Source of the DNA: Mariniphaga sp.
GTDB lineage: Bacteria > Bacteroidota > Bacteroidia > Bacteroidales > Prolixibacteraceae
Assembly: GCA_041684965.1 (NCBI GenBank)
Contig: JAWLGR010000017.1
Location: forward strand, 28,599 to 92,598
DNA length: 64,000 bases
Reading direction: 5' to 3'
Below, in pieces: positions 37,987 to 46,855 of the stretch. Under the pieces are notes generated by a model. The model ran no database searches. It saw only the letters and a program-made list of their open reading frames with translations, and was not told the origin of the DNA. The translations under genes were made by a program, and so were the position numbers. Position 1 is the first letter of the stretch; each line of letters begins with the position of its first letter.

Positions 37987-39540
37987 TTAATATGGAGTAA
38001 ATTGAATGTAATCCCACAAGAGTCGACCAGGTATTAATGAACGGATTTCAACATCGTGTTCAATATATCTGTTAAATTCGATTGTCCCAACTTCGATATT
38101 ACGGAACGGACTGGTAGGGGAACTACCGACAGATAAATCAATCATACCCCCCACTTTCTTCCTGTCGACAAAGAGTTCAACAACTGCATTTGCAGCATTA
38201 AATGATTCAGCTCTTAATATTACCCGGTATCTTCCCTGTACTATCCGCGGAACTTTATAAGTGATATTAAAATCACCAATAATCTGTAAATAATCGTTGT
38301 TGGATGCATTTGAGGATCCAGATTCCCCGGCAACATAAAACAAATCGGCACCCGACCACGTGAAGCGGCTTAATGAATTCTCCTCAATCAGGAATTCTCC
38401 TTTTTGCTGATAATATTTATTGATTACCGGGTCCTCCCGGAAATGAAAGCTTACACTTGCCCGTGATGGTTGTTTTTGCTTCATAATCTGGTCGATATAA
38501 TGAACTGCACCACTTTGGGTAACGATGTTGCTTTCATCGTACAAAATCTTAATGAAATTGACAATTGTTGTATCTCCCTGAAATACCAGTGTATCAAAGT
38601 TTTCTTTCCCCGGATTAATTGCGATATCCAATCCGCGACCATCAATATGCAATGGAACTTCAGAATAGGTATTGTAATTGGTGTTTCTGTTAACAAAATC
38701 ATCAATAAAATAATTCCCTGCTAAAAAATGATAAGCAATATAATTGTATAAAGGATTTGCAGGACTGGTATAATTGGTGTTATTCGGACTAATAGCAGAA
38801 ATCAAATCATTTAACGAATTAATTCCTCTTTTTTGGTACACAGAATTCGGTTCAGCAAGTACTGTAACAGGCAGAGCATTTTGATCAACTTTCATATTAT
38901 AATTGATCGCCGATTTCCACCCTGTAAGTTCAACAGCTTCTTTGAATATTGAAATCCCGGGATTTTGATCAATTATTTGCCATGAAGTTTGCGTAACCGG
39001 CTCAAGAGCTGTTTCCAAATGATGTACAAAACCATTCGAAGTTTCAATATTCAATTTTGCCAGAGAAGCCTGATTATTAATTCTGTAATAGGCTGTATCA
39101 TCTTCCAGTACAAAATTAACTATAAGGTAATCACCCGAAAGAGTTGGTTCCGGAAATGCACCAAATGGAAAATCATTGGAACGTACACGCATTTTCACAA
39201 CATGGTACCGGCAAAAAGCAGCTGCCACTTCAGGATTGTTTAGAATATCGTTCAGTGAAGAAAATTGCTGACTCTCATTAATAAGTCTGTTAACAGCATT
39301 ATTATCGGGAGCAAAAAGTGTATACCCATTCCCATCTGGATTATATGCACTAAGGGTTTGAACGAGATTTCCCTTTTCGAGGATAGCCAGGAAGTTTGAA
39401 AAAATATCTTTGTTTGCCTCCAGGTAATCATAAATAGTGAGTTTTAAGGTATCCTCAAAAACAGCTTCACGTTTTTCCTCCCTACAGGAAAATCCGATAC
39501 TCACAATAAAAAGCAGGAGTATGTAAGTGATATTTTTCAT
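37987..39540 (-). CDS. fasciclin (FAS1) domain lipoprotein with a C-terminal beta-sandwich (CBM-like) domain
   Basis: The start is at MKNITYILLLFIVSIGFSC. FAS1 signature: GYTLFAPDNNAVNRL and CRYHVV. The C-terminus is LLWDYIQFTPY. It begins 1 nt after the upstream SusD stop. Confidence 0.7.
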   Translation of the reverse strand: MKNITYILLLFIVSIGFSCREEKREAVFEDTLKLTIYDYLEANKDIFSNFLAILEKGNLVQTLSAYNPDGNGYTLFAPDNNAVNRLINESQQFSSLNDILNNPEVAAAFCRYHVVKMRVRSNDFPFGAFPEPTLSGDYLIVNFVLEDDTAYYRINNQASLAKLNIETSNGFVHHLETALEPVTQTSWQIIDQNPGISIFKEAVELTGWKSAINYNMKVDQNALPVTVLAEPNSVYQKRGINSLNDLISAISPNNTNYTSPANPLYNYIAYHFLAGNYFIDDFVNRNTNYNTYSEVPLHIDGRGLDIAINPGKENFDTLVFQGDTTIVNFIKILYDESNIVTQSGAVHYIDQIMKQKQPSRASVSFHFREDPVINKYYQQKGEFLIEENSLSRFTWSGADLFYVAGESGSSNASNNDYLQIIGDFNITYKVPRIVQGRYRVILRAESFNAANAVVELFVDRKKVGGMIDLSVGSSPTSPFRNIEVGTIEFNRYIEHDVEIRSLIPGRLLWDYIQFTPY

Positions 39541-39541
39541 G

Positions 39542-41017
39542 TTAATAGTCATAATAAGGATTTTGTACTAAATTAATATTCCTTTCTATTTCAATTTGGT
39601 ATATGGGCAGATACCAACCTAAAGGATTAGATAACTTGGCTGCAAGTACCCTTTTTTGGGTAGATGGTGCATTGGCCACAATAATTTCAATTAGTTTACC
39701 TTTACGGGCAAAATTATTTCTCCTGCCCATCCGTAATAGATCAAACCATCTTTTTCCTTCATAAGCCAATTCAAGGGCTCTTTCTTCAAGGATGGCATCT
39801 TCAAAGGCTACCGGAGTGAATGCAATGCTCTTGGCTGGAACATTGGCTCTTTCCCTGATTTCTTCATTAACGATTCTCAAAGCCTCATTATACCTTCCCA
39901 ATTGGGATAAGGCTTCTGCTTTCATTAATAAAATATCGGCATACCGGTAAACAATCCAGTTGGCACTGTACTGATCATTACCAGCACGGAACGATTGTCC
40001 GTCGGGAGCGCGTCCTATGTACTTCCAGATGATGTAATTGTTTTCACCGATTTTTGCAATGGTCGCATCCTCACCTCTAAGCAGTTCAAAAGAAAATTCA
40101 TGTGCAAACAATTCCAACGACTTTTGACTGGGCAAATATTGATTGGCGGTTCGATGAGTTAAGCCATACATATTATTTCTTTGATTCCGGTCACCATCAA
40201 ACTGAAATTCAAAAATGCCTTCAAGCGAATTCCCGGGATAGAATATTTCGAACCATTTACCGGGAGGCATTAAATCAAGCTCTTCAACAGCATCAATTTT
40301 TTGTATATGCTCCAACACCTCCTCGTATTGGAATCGCCACAAAGCGATATCGGCAAGTAATGCATCGTAAGCAGTTTTCGAAGCTCTTCCTTTATTCTCT
40401 TCGATTGTTATAAAACTGCCTGAAGGAGCAAATGCACGGTTATTTTTTAAATCCTGAACTATTTGATTCAACACAGCCTCTTCAGATGATTTTGGCACAT
40501 AGAAATCAACATTGTCACTTTCAGAAGGCCCTAGTATTAATGGGACTTCGTGATAAATACGAACCAGATAAAAATAGCTTAAGCTTCTTAAAAAATAAGC
40601 TTCAGCCATATAACTTTGTCTTTGAAAATCTGTAAAGGTATTATCTACTTGCTGCACAAGAGGTGCATTTTTTATTACTTCATTACAATAGTTTATTATC
40701 TTGTAAAAGGCGCTCCAATCAGAAAAATTATTATCCGGATAAATATTATTCTCCATGATATTTTGTTCTCTGGAAGATTGGTTATTTCCACGTTGCACAA
40801 GATCACCCCTTAGTTCTCCGTGCAGGAAGAGCATTCTGTCCATTGAAGCAAACGATTCATATGCAGCCATCAATACAGCTTCAACATCTTCTTTTGACTT
40901 CCAGAATTCTTCCTTTATCAAACCACGCGGAGGTAGAAGTTCAAGCCAGTCAGTGCTACATGAAAACTGGAATAATGCCACCAATACAATTGTAAAATAT
41001 TTTATTCTGAGTTTCAT
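39542..41017 (-). CDS. SusD/RagB family nutrient-binding outer-membrane lipoprotein (pair 1)
   Basis: 491 aa with a lipobox (LFQFSCSTD). Motifs: FLRSLSYFYLVRIYHEVPLI and ERALELAYEGKRWFDLLR. Confidence 0.9.
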   Translation of the reverse strand: MKLRIKYFTIVLVALFQFSCSTDWLELLPPRGLIKEEFWKSKEDVEAVLMAAYESFASMDRMLFLHGELRGDLVQRGNNQSSREQNIMENNIYPDNNFSDWSAFYKIINYCNEVIKNAPLVQQVDNTFTDFQRQSYMAEAYFLRSLSYFYLVRIYHEVPLILGPSESDNVDFYVPKSSEEAVLNQIVQDLKNNRAFAPSGSFITIEENKGRASKTAYDALLADIALWRFQYEEVLEHIQKIDAVEELDLMPPGKWFEIFYPGNSLEGIFEFQFDGDRNQRNNMYGLTHRTANQYLPSQKSLELFAHEFSFELLRGEDATIAKIGENNYIIWKYIGRAPDGQSFRAGNDQYSANWIVYRYADILLMKAEALSQLGRYNEALRIVNEEIRERANVPAKSIAFTPVAFEDAILEERALELAYEGKRWFDLLRMGRRNNFARKGKLIEIIVANAPSTQKRVLAAKLSNPLGWYLPIYQIEIERNINLVQNPYYDY

Positions 41018-41027
41018 ATTTTTTATT

Positions 41028-44000
41028 TTAAAATCCGATTCCTAAACTGAAAGTATAAATTTTTGGAGGAGGAGTACGTGCTCTGTCAACACCCATCCAA
41101 AATGGGTCGGAAGCATTCTGCCCAACCTCAGGGTCCTGTCCTGTATATCTCGTAAATGTATATAATTTCCTTCCACTCAAAGCAAATGTGGCTCTGCGGA
41201 TGCCTAACTTGGCACAGGTTTCCTTACTTAGCTCATAACCAATTTTCATGCTGTTAAGTCGGATGTAATCACCCTTTTCCACATAACGATCTGAACCCAG
41301 GTTATTTGCAGGATGGTTCATATATGCACGGGGAAGCATACCTTTTTCATCCTGTCCCTGAACACGCCATCTGTTCAAAACTGCTTTACTTTGGTTGTTT
41401 CGGTTATTCATACCTTCTGTTTGAATTGCTATGTTATTTACAATATCAAATCCAAGCCTGTAGTGAAACGCAGCAGAAAAATCGAATCGTTTGTACTTCA
41501 TATTGGTTCCAAAGCCTCCAATAAAATTTGGGTTGGAATCACCAAGGTAAACAACATCATTGAGGTCAATAACTCCGTCATAATTTACATCTTCATAAAT
41601 CGGGTCTCCACCCTTAAAAGTATATGTATCGGAATAACGTAACGGTATTGGCCTGCCTTCACTGTCTCTCATAACATTCCCATTTCTGTCTCTGGCAACA
41701 GCATCTTCATCTTGAACCCACACACCGAGGTACCTGAATCCGAAAAAGGAACCAATAGGTTCACCTTCCTGAACAAGTTGCGGGTATTGGCCATTACCGA
41801 TAGAAGTTGAACGTTCGGTATTAAAATTATCAGGCAATTTATTAAACACGTTAATATTCTGAGAAGTATTGAAATTAAACGAGACAAACCAATCCTTTGT
41901 CCTGACTATCTTGTAATCAAACATTAATTCCCATCCGGTATTTGTCATTTCACCACCATTTAAATATTGTAGTCCCTGAAATCCGGAAGAATAAGGAATA
42001 GGATAAAACAGGTTCACGTTCCAATCATGACCAAAAAGAATATCTTTAGTAACTTTTTTATAAATATCACCCTGGAAGTATATCCTGTCTTTGAACAGGC
42101 TCATATCGAGCCCAAAATTATCAGACACAATCGTTTCCCACCTTAAATTATCAAGTTGTGGTTTGGTAGGAGCAATAGCAGGATTATTTATATAACTTCC
42201 TGTGCCGGTTGTTTCATAAATAGCAAAACGTGCATAAACATCGCCCGGTTTACGTCCGGAAACTCCCCAACTATAACGTAGTTTGCTTTCACCTAAAAAT
42301 TCAAGTCCTTCTAAAAATGTTTCATCAGAAAACCTCCATCCAACAGAAACCCCCTTAAATAGACCCCATCGGTTATTTGACCCGAAGGAAGAGTGTGCAT
42401 CTGCGCGAAGAATTGTTTGAAGCATATACCTATCCAGAAATTTATAATTAATGTTTCCTAATCCACTTAATTCCCTACGTTGGGTAGAACTTGAACTAAG
42501 GTAATCAATTTGCGCATTAACTGCCGGATCCTGGATATCAACTGTAGGAGTTTTTGTACCATACAAGTTCATAGTCTCAGACCATGCATCATCAGTTATC
42601 CATGTTACTGCACCTGAAAGCACATGTTTCTGATTTCTGATTGGAGAGCCAAAAGTTAATTGCGACTCTGTATGGAAACCTTGATTTAAACCATTCGTTT
42701 CCCTTGCCTGATTAACATTATAATCTAACCAATCTACACCGATAGCATTGTATGGCAGAAAAATATTTCTTTTAGTTCCCTGATATTGAAACGAAACTGT
42801 CTCTCTAAATGTTAACCAATCATTGATACGATATTGCAATACAAAAGTATTTTCAAGTTGATTAACAAGACGGTTATCCTTACCAAGTGTTCCAACCGCA
42901 ACAGGATTATAGAAAGTTCCTCCATATCCCTGATAACTGTTTATGGGGGTAAAATATTCACCAGTGGGGTTTCCACGGCTATCATATTCCCAGATACTCA
43001 TGTTCGGCGCTTTTATATATGCCATTTCTCGAATATTCCGGCCCCCAATAGTAACATTTCCCAAGGTTGAGTTATTGGTAAAATTAAATTTAATCTGAAA
43101 CAATAATTTTTGTGACAGGAAATAATCAAGATTTATACGTGTTGATAAACGCCTTGAGTTGGTATTTATGGTTGTTCCACCCTCATCAATATATCCAAAT
43201 GAAGTAAAATACCTGGTTTTTTGACCACCACCTGAAATGCTAAAATAATGATCGTGGGTTTTGGCATCCCGTGTAATTTCAGAAATCCAGTCGGTATTTG
43301 CTGAATAATTATAAAAATCGATAAAATCCCTGTCGTAAGCTATTTCCGGCGGAACAACAAAAATTCCCCTGCTGTTGTGCCACTCTTCCAACTGAAGCAT
43401 AATGTATTCATCACCATTTAACATAGGAATGGGAGGCGGTTGAACGTTTAAGTTGAATTTGTACTGGTAATCAAAACGTACCTGCCCCATCCTTCCTTTC
43501 TGAGTTTCGATTAGCAATACACCATCGGCACCGCTTGAACCATATACGGCAGTAGAGGCAGCGTCTTTTAATACTTCAATTGATTTGATATCCTGAAGGG
43601 CAATATTTATAAGGTTGCTGATATCTTCTGTATCAGCAGAACTTAAATCAAAGCTATCTGAAATTCTGAACTGGGGTATCCCGTCAATCACAATCAACGG
43701 CCTGCTGTTCCCCATGGAACTGAGCCCACGGATTACCAGCTGAGAGCCCGATCCGGGGTCACCTGATGCACTGATAATATCAAGCCCGCTCACTTTCCCC
43801 TGCAATGCATCGGCTGCAGAAATCACACCCACATCCTGCATGTCCATTAAATCAACTTTAACGGAAGAAGAGGCTCTGTCACGATCTTCAATATTCGTTA
43901 AGCTCCCTGTGGTTCGTGCTTCGGCAGTTACGGTAACCTCTCCCAGTGCTACATCGGACGGTTGCAGTTCAACCATGATGGTTTTTGTGGGATCTACAGC

Positions 44001-44276
44001 AATCTCCAGGGCATTGTAGCCAATTACACTCACTTTAACAGTATTGGCTGGGTTCGTCATCTGGAGCACAAAGTCACCGTTCACATTGGTGGTTGTACCA
44101 TTTATAACCCTTTCCTCGCTGTCGTATTCTACAATGTTGGCCCCAATAATTGTTGTCTTATCCATTCTATCAATGACCCTCCCCCTGATAATGGTTCTTT
44201 CCTGGCCAATTGCATAAAAATTACAGAATAATACAATAAGAAGTATGGTAATCTTTATTCTTTTCATCTCATTCAC
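41028..44276 (-). CDS. SusC/RagA family TonB-dependent receptor (pair 1)
   Basis: 1082 aa. Motifs: IIRGRVIDRMDKTTIIGANIV, VIRGLSSMGNSRPLIVIDGIP, and the terminal ...IYTFSLGIGF. Confidence 0.9.
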   Translation of the reverse strand: MNEMKRIKITILLIVLFCNFYAIGQERTIIRGRVIDRMDKTTIIGANIVEYDSEERVINGTTTNVNGDFVLQMTNPANTVKVSVIGYNALEIAVDPTKTIMVELQPSDVALGEVTVTAEARTTGSLTNIEDRDRASSSVKVDLMDMQDVGVISAADALQGKVSGLDIISASGDPGSGSQLVIRGLSSMGNSRPLIVIDGIPQFRISDSFDLSSADTEDISNLINIALQDIKSIEVLKDAASTAVYGSSGADGVLLIETQKGRMGQVRFDYQYKFNLNVQPPPIPMLNGDEYIMLQLEEWHNSRGIFVVPPEIAYDRDFIDFYNYSANTDWISEITRDAKTHDHYFSISGGGQKTRYFTSFGYIDEGGTTINTNSRRLSTRINLDYFLSQKLLFQIKFNFTNNSTLGNVTIGGRNIREMAYIKAPNMSIWEYDSRGNPTGEYFTPINSYQGYGGTFYNPVAVGTLGKDNRLVNQLENTFVLQYRINDWLTFRETVSFQYQGTKRNIFLPYNAIGVDWLDYNVNQARETNGLNQGFHTESQLTFGSPIRNQKHVLSGAVTWITDDAWSETMNLYGTKTPTVDIQDPAVNAQIDYLSSSSTQRRELSGLGNINYKFLDRYMLQTILRADAHSSFGSNNRWGLFKGVSVGWRFSDETFLEGLEFLGESKLRYSWGVSGRKPGDVYARFAIYETTGTGSYINNPAIAPTKPQLDNLRWETIVSDNFGLDMSLFKDRIYFQGDIYKKVTKDILFGHDWNVNLFYPIPYSSGFQGLQYLNGGEMTNTGWELMFDYKIVRTKDWFVSFNFNTSQNINVFNKLPDNFNTERSTSIGNGQYPQLVQEGEPIGSFFGFRYLGVWVQDEDAVARDRNGNVMRDSEGRPIPLRYSDTYTFKGGDPIYEDVNYDGVIDLNDVVYLGDSNPNFIGGFGTNMKYKRFDFSAAFHYRLGFDIVNNIAIQTEGMNNRNNQSKAVLNRWRVQGQDEKGMLPRAYMNHPANNLGSDRYVEKGDYIRLNSMKIGYELSKETCAKLGIRRATFALSGRKLYTFTRYTGQDPEVGQNASDPFWMGVDRARTPPPKIYTFSLGIGF

Positions 44277-44315
44277 AATCCTTGGTTTTTATTTAAATCG
44301 AATAGTTTTAAAAGT

Positions 44316-46622
44316 TTATCGTGTATTTAATTCCTGGAAATTTAATACATTATCGACTTCATGAATTACAGCGTTGTTGAAGGTATTCGGAAAAACCTCC
44401 GTTCCGGTCCCCTGCATGATTCCACACAGTAAATTAGACCGGGCAGATTCAACAGCTCTGGACTTAAGTGAATAATTCACATCTTTAAAGTAAATAACGT
44501 CAATTCCCGGTTCTATGAACACACTTGAATATACAGTTGAAAATGGGGTTGACTTTTCATCAATCCTGGCTGTCTGATAATAATCTGCTCTTGCATTTCC
44601 ATCTGTAAAAATCAGCTCTCCCTGCACAAAATGAAACAGCAGTACTTTTCTCAATTCATCTATGGGCAGTGCGTTTAATCCGGCACTGACAATGGCTTCC
44701 TGAGTAGGAACAAACACAGTATAAAATTCACTGTTTGAAATGAAACTGTATCGTGACTCCTTATCCAGGTCGTATCCGGCTTTTCTTAATAAAGCATGAA
44801 AAGCAGGGAACTGGGATGAGATTCTTGCATACAGGCTCGGACTGCCAAAGCTAAACCAGTCATTAATGTCGTAAGTTGTTCCATTGTCTGTTTCAGCCAA
44901 AATTCTTGGAGCATCCGTTGAAGGAACAGTACCATTATACCCAACTGTAGTATTGGATGTACCTGACATTTCGCCTGTTTCATTATTTACAATTATGTAA
45001 TTACCGGCAAGGTTGGCAATAAATTCTTTTCTTGCAAAACCTTTTGGGTTATCAACAGCGATGTGGTTTAGCAAAAGGGTACGAAGATCGTTTTTTGTTA
45101 AAAGCCGCTGTGTAAACTGTGCACTGTTTTCCTGTATTTCAAAAACTGAAAACCGGTTGCGTTCCTGGTCGTAAATCAATGATGAGTCGATCGAGGTATT
45201 CATATCCGATTCTACAAAGAACATATAATTTCTGTTCTGTCGTTTTAATAAAGGCAATAAATCAGAATTCTCAATCGCGTACATGACCTTTGCATATCCC
45301 TGTCTCAGGTAAACAGGCCCGGTTACACTGCTGAAAGCCCTTGGTACAATAGCACTGTTCAGTCCCACAAAAGTACTGTTGCTTCCAAATTCCTTATATA
45401 TTACATTAGAAGGATCAACCCGTACCAAATCATTTTCCCCGTTGTAAAATCCTTTTATCATATCGGTTACATACACCGGATTTATAGACATATGGGTATT
45501 GGCAATAATCCTTCTGATGTGCTGGGGTGCTCCCTGTAATGTTCCCCAGCCATTTGGTATTTTAATATAATCATCTATAAGCTTATTAAAGGCATCGTTT
45601 GTAGGTGCCAGTAATCCATGATGATACCGGATGGTAACATTTTGAGGAAGCCCGTAAGTTCCTGAAGGGGGTTGGGTTCTTTCTCCCTTAACATTAAATG
45701 TAAGCTGAGGAAAAGTCAAATCAAACAGTGAATCAACCTGTATTCCCTGTTGTGCTCCTTCCTGTGCAAATGTCCTGGATTGGTTGTAGGTAAATCTTGG
45801 AAAGTTGTTTATAAGGTCCAGAAACTGGGAATAAGAATGTTCACCTGCAGGTTGTTCCAAAATTTCATAGGCATTCCTGAATGGTTCCACTACCTGATCG
45901 ATCCTGTAGATAAAACCGTTTTCAGCAAAAATCTCCTCCCCTACAATAACGGCATTCCCAAAATGGATATCCCGTCCTCCACTGAATGGCCGGTCAAAAT
46001 AAAACTCATAGTCAGAACCGTGCAATTCATATATATCAAAATATTCCTTGAAAAAAACAGGCACGTATTTTCTTGAGTCGGTAATAACCCTCCTGTGAAG
46101 ATTGGTATTTAAAGTATCCGTTATACGGGTACCTATTCCATAAGCATAATTCCAGCCGAATTTTCTATCCGGTTCCCTAAGCAAAGTTTCCCGTTTAAAA
46201 CCTCTGGGTTTGTCATTGGTAACATCCAGAGTATCAATCCAGCCAAATACATCGAGCGATCTAAGCTGAGCTTTGGTCCATGGATTTTGTACAATATGAT
46301 ATTTAACCAAATCTGTTAAAACAGAGATTGGTACACTTTCTATAGATGTGTAATTTGGATTTTTTGCAAGCCATTCGTTCATTGCCTGATTGGTAGGGGC
46401 AAATATGGTATAACTCCCTGAAACATCTATAATTTTATCATATTCCGTTATTTCAATGCACTTGGCAAAAATAGAAAGTTCCTCTACATCCTGGATTTGG
46501 GTGTATAATTTACCTGCCAACCAATCAGGTCTCTCATACTTATCATCGTCATCACGACAACCTGAAATCACCAGGACTGTTCCGAGGAAGATTGCTATTA
46601 TTAGTTTTAACCGATACATCAT
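44316..46622 (-). CDS. multi-FAS1 (fasciclin) domain lipoprotein, first gene of the SusC/D locus
   Basis: The start is at MMYRLKLIIAIFLGTVLVISGC. There are at least three FAS1 signatures: YTIFAPTNQAMNEWL with VKYHIV, LLAPTNDAFNKL, and YTVFVPTQEAIVSAG with LLFHFV. Confidence 0.75.
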   Translation of the reverse strand: MMYRLKLIIAIFLGTVLVISGCRDDDDKYERPDWLAGKLYTQIQDVEELSIFAKCIEITEYDKIIDVSGSYTIFAPTNQAMNEWLAKNPNYTSIESVPISVLTDLVKYHIVQNPWTKAQLRSLDVFGWIDTLDVTNDKPRGFKRETLLREPDRKFGWNYAYGIGTRITDTLNTNLHRRVITDSRKYVPVFFKEYFDIYELHGSDYEFYFDRPFSGGRDIHFGNAVIVGEEIFAENGFIYRIDQVVEPFRNAYEILEQPAGEHSYSQFLDLINNFPRFTYNQSRTFAQEGAQQGIQVDSLFDLTFPQLTFNVKGERTQPPSGTYGLPQNVTIRYHHGLLAPTNDAFNKLIDDYIKIPNGWGTLQGAPQHIRRIIANTHMSINPVYVTDMIKGFYNGENDLVRVDPSNVIYKEFGSNSTFVGLNSAIVPRAFSSVTGPVYLRQGYAKVMYAIENSDLLPLLKRQNRNYMFFVESDMNTSIDSSLIYDQERNRFSVFEIQENSAQFTQRLLTKNDLRTLLLNHIAVDNPKGFARKEFIANLAGNYIIVNNETGEMSGTSNTTVGYNGTVPSTDAPRILAETDNGTTYDINDWFSFGSPSLYARISSQFPAFHALLRKAGYDLDKESRYSFISNSEFYTVFVPTQEAIVSAGLNALPIDELRKVLLFHFVQGELIFTDGNARADYYQTARIDEKSTPFSTVYSSVFIEPGIDVIYFKDVNYSLKSRAVESARSNLLCGIMQGTGTEVFPNTFNNAVIHEVDNVLNFQELNTR

Positions 46623-46709
46623 AATGGTAAAATTTTTGATTTCCAAATAATAGGTTTTTCAAATCTTTTAAATATTTTATATAAGTATATTTAATTAATT
46701 TTCCTTGCG

Positions 46710-46739
46710 CAAAAGTAGAAGATTTTATGGTTTTGCAAA
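46710..46739 (-). promoter_or_regulatory. candidate Bacteroidota sigma-A promoter for the FAS1/SusCD operon
   Basis: The minus strand has TACTTTTG (plus strand CAAAAGTA, 46710-46717) as a TAnnTTTG -7 box. TTTG (plus strand CAAA, 46736-46739) lies 18 nt upstream. That spacing is one short of the usual 19-21. Confidence 0.3.
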
Positions 46740-46798
46740 GAAAAATTAAAAAAATAAAACGAAAAATAAATTTTTTAAAAAAAACTTATTGAAAACCA

Positions 46799-46829
46799 TT
46801 TGAATATAAAAAAAAAAAATATAGTTTTG
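46799..46829 (+). promoter_or_regulatory. candidate Bacteroidota sigma-A promoter for the LTD protein gene
   Basis: TTTG at 46799-46802, then 19 nt, then TAGTTTTG at 46822-46829. This is an exact TTTG-N19-TAnnTTTG match, 27 nt before the ATG at 46856. Confidence 0.45.
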
Positions 46830-46855
46830 GGTTTTTTAACTTTAATTTAATTACT

